DNA of 64,000 nucleotides, from assembly GCA_013265495.1 (NCBI GenBank), contig MU057640.1:1807303-1871302 (forward strand). Reading direction: 5' to 3'. Shown here piece after piece: positions 61,796-64,000 of this stretch (position 1 is the stretch's first letter; every line of letters begins with the position of its first letter). Both the position numbers and the translations under genes were made by a program. The notes below the pieces were generated by a model that worked only from the letters and a program-made list of their open reading frames with translations, did no database searches and was not told the origin of the DNA. This DNA is from Vicugna vicugna. Taxonomy: Eukaryota.

Positions 61796-62207
61796 TTGGT
61801 CACCAAGTTTGTAACTGACTAATGTTGTTTACTCTTAAGATTAATGCTAAGAAATAGTGAAACAGAAGCTTCCTCTTACATCTTTTATATTTAGAGTCAA
61901 TTATGTATAACCTTTTGATCATTAACACCTCATATTCACTGGCTTTTAAGTACAACTACATGATTCTTATTGATAAAAAGGATTTTTAAAATAAATATAT
62001 TAAAACTGCCACAGAAGAGTGTTTAATGGACTCAGGGGAATCAGTTTTTGGAGGCCCTATTAACTAACTTAAATTTTATCTCAAGACAACCAAAATAGAA
62101 AACATTCTCCAACATGGAAACCAAGTCAAAACCTCAAATGGTAATTTGGGACATTTCAATTTAAAAATAAAATCTGCACACATCTTTAATATCACAGCGT
62201 ATTCTCA

Positions 62208-62426
<219 letters not shown>

Positions 62427-63084
62427 CTAAAAGAAAATCAGCATTGAAAGGCTTAAAATATCTTTAATCAAGTCATGATTCAGGGGCTACCCAAGAGCTT
62501 GCAGATTACCTAAGCCCCCTGAGTTCTCCGTATTACTCCACTCTTGTGGGTACTTTGTGATCATTAGAAACTACAGATGACAACAATAGGAAATGAACTA
62601 CAATAAAGCAAATCAATTGATATGCATTTTGGAAAGATTTTATTAGGAAATATTTGAAATGTTAGCATTTTAGCCCTGTACAGCTAGTGAATCACTAAAA
62701 ACACTCACAGTGAATCATTAGTAGCTTCCCTTCTCCCTGCCAGATTTGAGGACTTGTTTCATTAAGCAATGAACCTCACTATGATGTTAATTCTAAGCTC
62801 CTCTGCATTGGATTCAATGCCTTCAATTCTCCTTACAGTCTGTTATCACTGTTACTGCTGTTTTGAAATCCCTCCCACTTTCCTTTATTTTTGTCTTGGC
62901 AGGCTGCTCATCTGAGACTGTACAGATTATTACCACATTACATTTCTTTAAGCTTTTAACTCATCCATTCACCAGTTCAACAGTTTCCCCTTCCTCTGAA
63001 ATGATCAAAAGTTTACTGTCTCTAGCACAGCACTAACCAGCATTTTGCTATTCCAAGGCTCCCATACCATTTAACAGTGAAAAA

Positions 63085-63186
63085 TGCTACTATGCCATTT
63101 TATATAAAGGGCTTGAGAATCCCCAGATTTTGGTATCTGCACGGGGTCCTGGAACCGATCCCCTGCTGATACCAAGGAACGACTAT
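63085..63186 (+). mobile_element. Tigger3-like terminal fragment
   Basis: GCCATTTTATATAAAGGGCTTGAG...GATTTTGGTATCTGC...GGTCCTGGAACCGATCCCC..GATACCAAGG. Confidence 0.75.
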
Positions 63187-63383
63187 AACCATTTCCCCAT
63201 TTCTGCTTTCCTATGGAGTTACCAGAAATATACTGCAGTAAAAAAAGCAGGGACAGTTTTTATTTTTCAAGCATACATGGGAGTATAGTCAAGAAAATTT
63301 GGTTCCTATATATAACAGCCATTTCCACCTCTAAGCATTGACAAATACCTCCCCAAACACTTGTTTTTCTTACGCTCTATGCC

Positions 63384-63566
63384 ATGATTTCTCAGTCTGG
63401 GCACCACGTATTCTCAGCCAGATACTTCTCTGCTGCGGGGACTGTGCTCTCCGCTGTAGAATGTTTTACAGCATCCCTGCTTCTATCCACTAGATACCAA
63501 TAGCATTCCCCTGGTTTTAACAAGCAAAAAGATTTCCAGACAGTGCCAAATGTTGAAAACCACTGT
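63384..63566 (-). mobile_element. MER20 hAT MITE
   Basis: TGTAGAATGTTTTACAGCATCCCTGCTTCTATCCACTAGATACCAATAGCA...TTCCAGACAGTGCCAAATGT. Confidence 0.75.
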
Positions 63567-64000
63567 TCCATGCCAATTCACATCTATAGTTTTAAAACCC
63601 TGCTCACAATTCAACATCTTCAAGAAGCCGCACTAAATTCATTTACTCGTATCTCATACATTGTTTATAAGGATTTCATCTGTTTTATCTTTTCTAAGAA
63701 CCTCAAAATATACATCTTGATGGCAAAGGCAGTGTTACCTTTTTTAAATAGCCCACTGTATCTCATATGGCATTTTTCATACAGTGGTATCATCACTAAG
63801 GCTCCCCTACACACACTCATATATGAATAACAAAGAGTTAACCACCCGTCAGATAACTGTACCGAAATCCTAATATTCAAAGTGTAGTTTTAAAATTGGC
63901 ACAGTTAAAAATGACACAGATTGTGACACTGGTGAGTAAACGGACCTTTACATACCCTCGAAAGTGTAATTACTGGTTCATACATAGCTAATCAAACTCT

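Overview
Mammalian genomic DNA, not prokaryotic. The whole window lies in the 3' part of PCNX1 (pecanex homolog 1) on the minus strand. I traced 26 coding exons by hand from 62426 down to the TGA stop at 1357-1359. All have GT-AG boundaries with consistent phases, giving about 1415 aa that cover the transmembrane region and the Pecanex_C region. These are probably exons 11-36 by human numbering, which is recalled rather than checked. The 3' UTR runs off the left edge and upstream exons lie beyond the right edge. Introns hold ordinary mammalian repeats (L1, L2, MIR, hAT and Tigger fossils, ERVL/MaLR LTRs) and seven tRNA-derived SINEs of the camelid Vic-1 type, so the source is probably a camelid. 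I found no convincing new biological system. The most notable details are a U12-type intron whose branch site sits in an inverted repeat next to UGCAUG motifs, a tailless U6 retropseudogene with a target-site duplication (TSD), a 42-bp duplication with a templated inverted junction, a young L1 insertion, an in-frame alternative acceptor, a CpG-rich internal exon and some candidate poison or terminal exons. Repeat family names are from recognition, not RepeatMasker.
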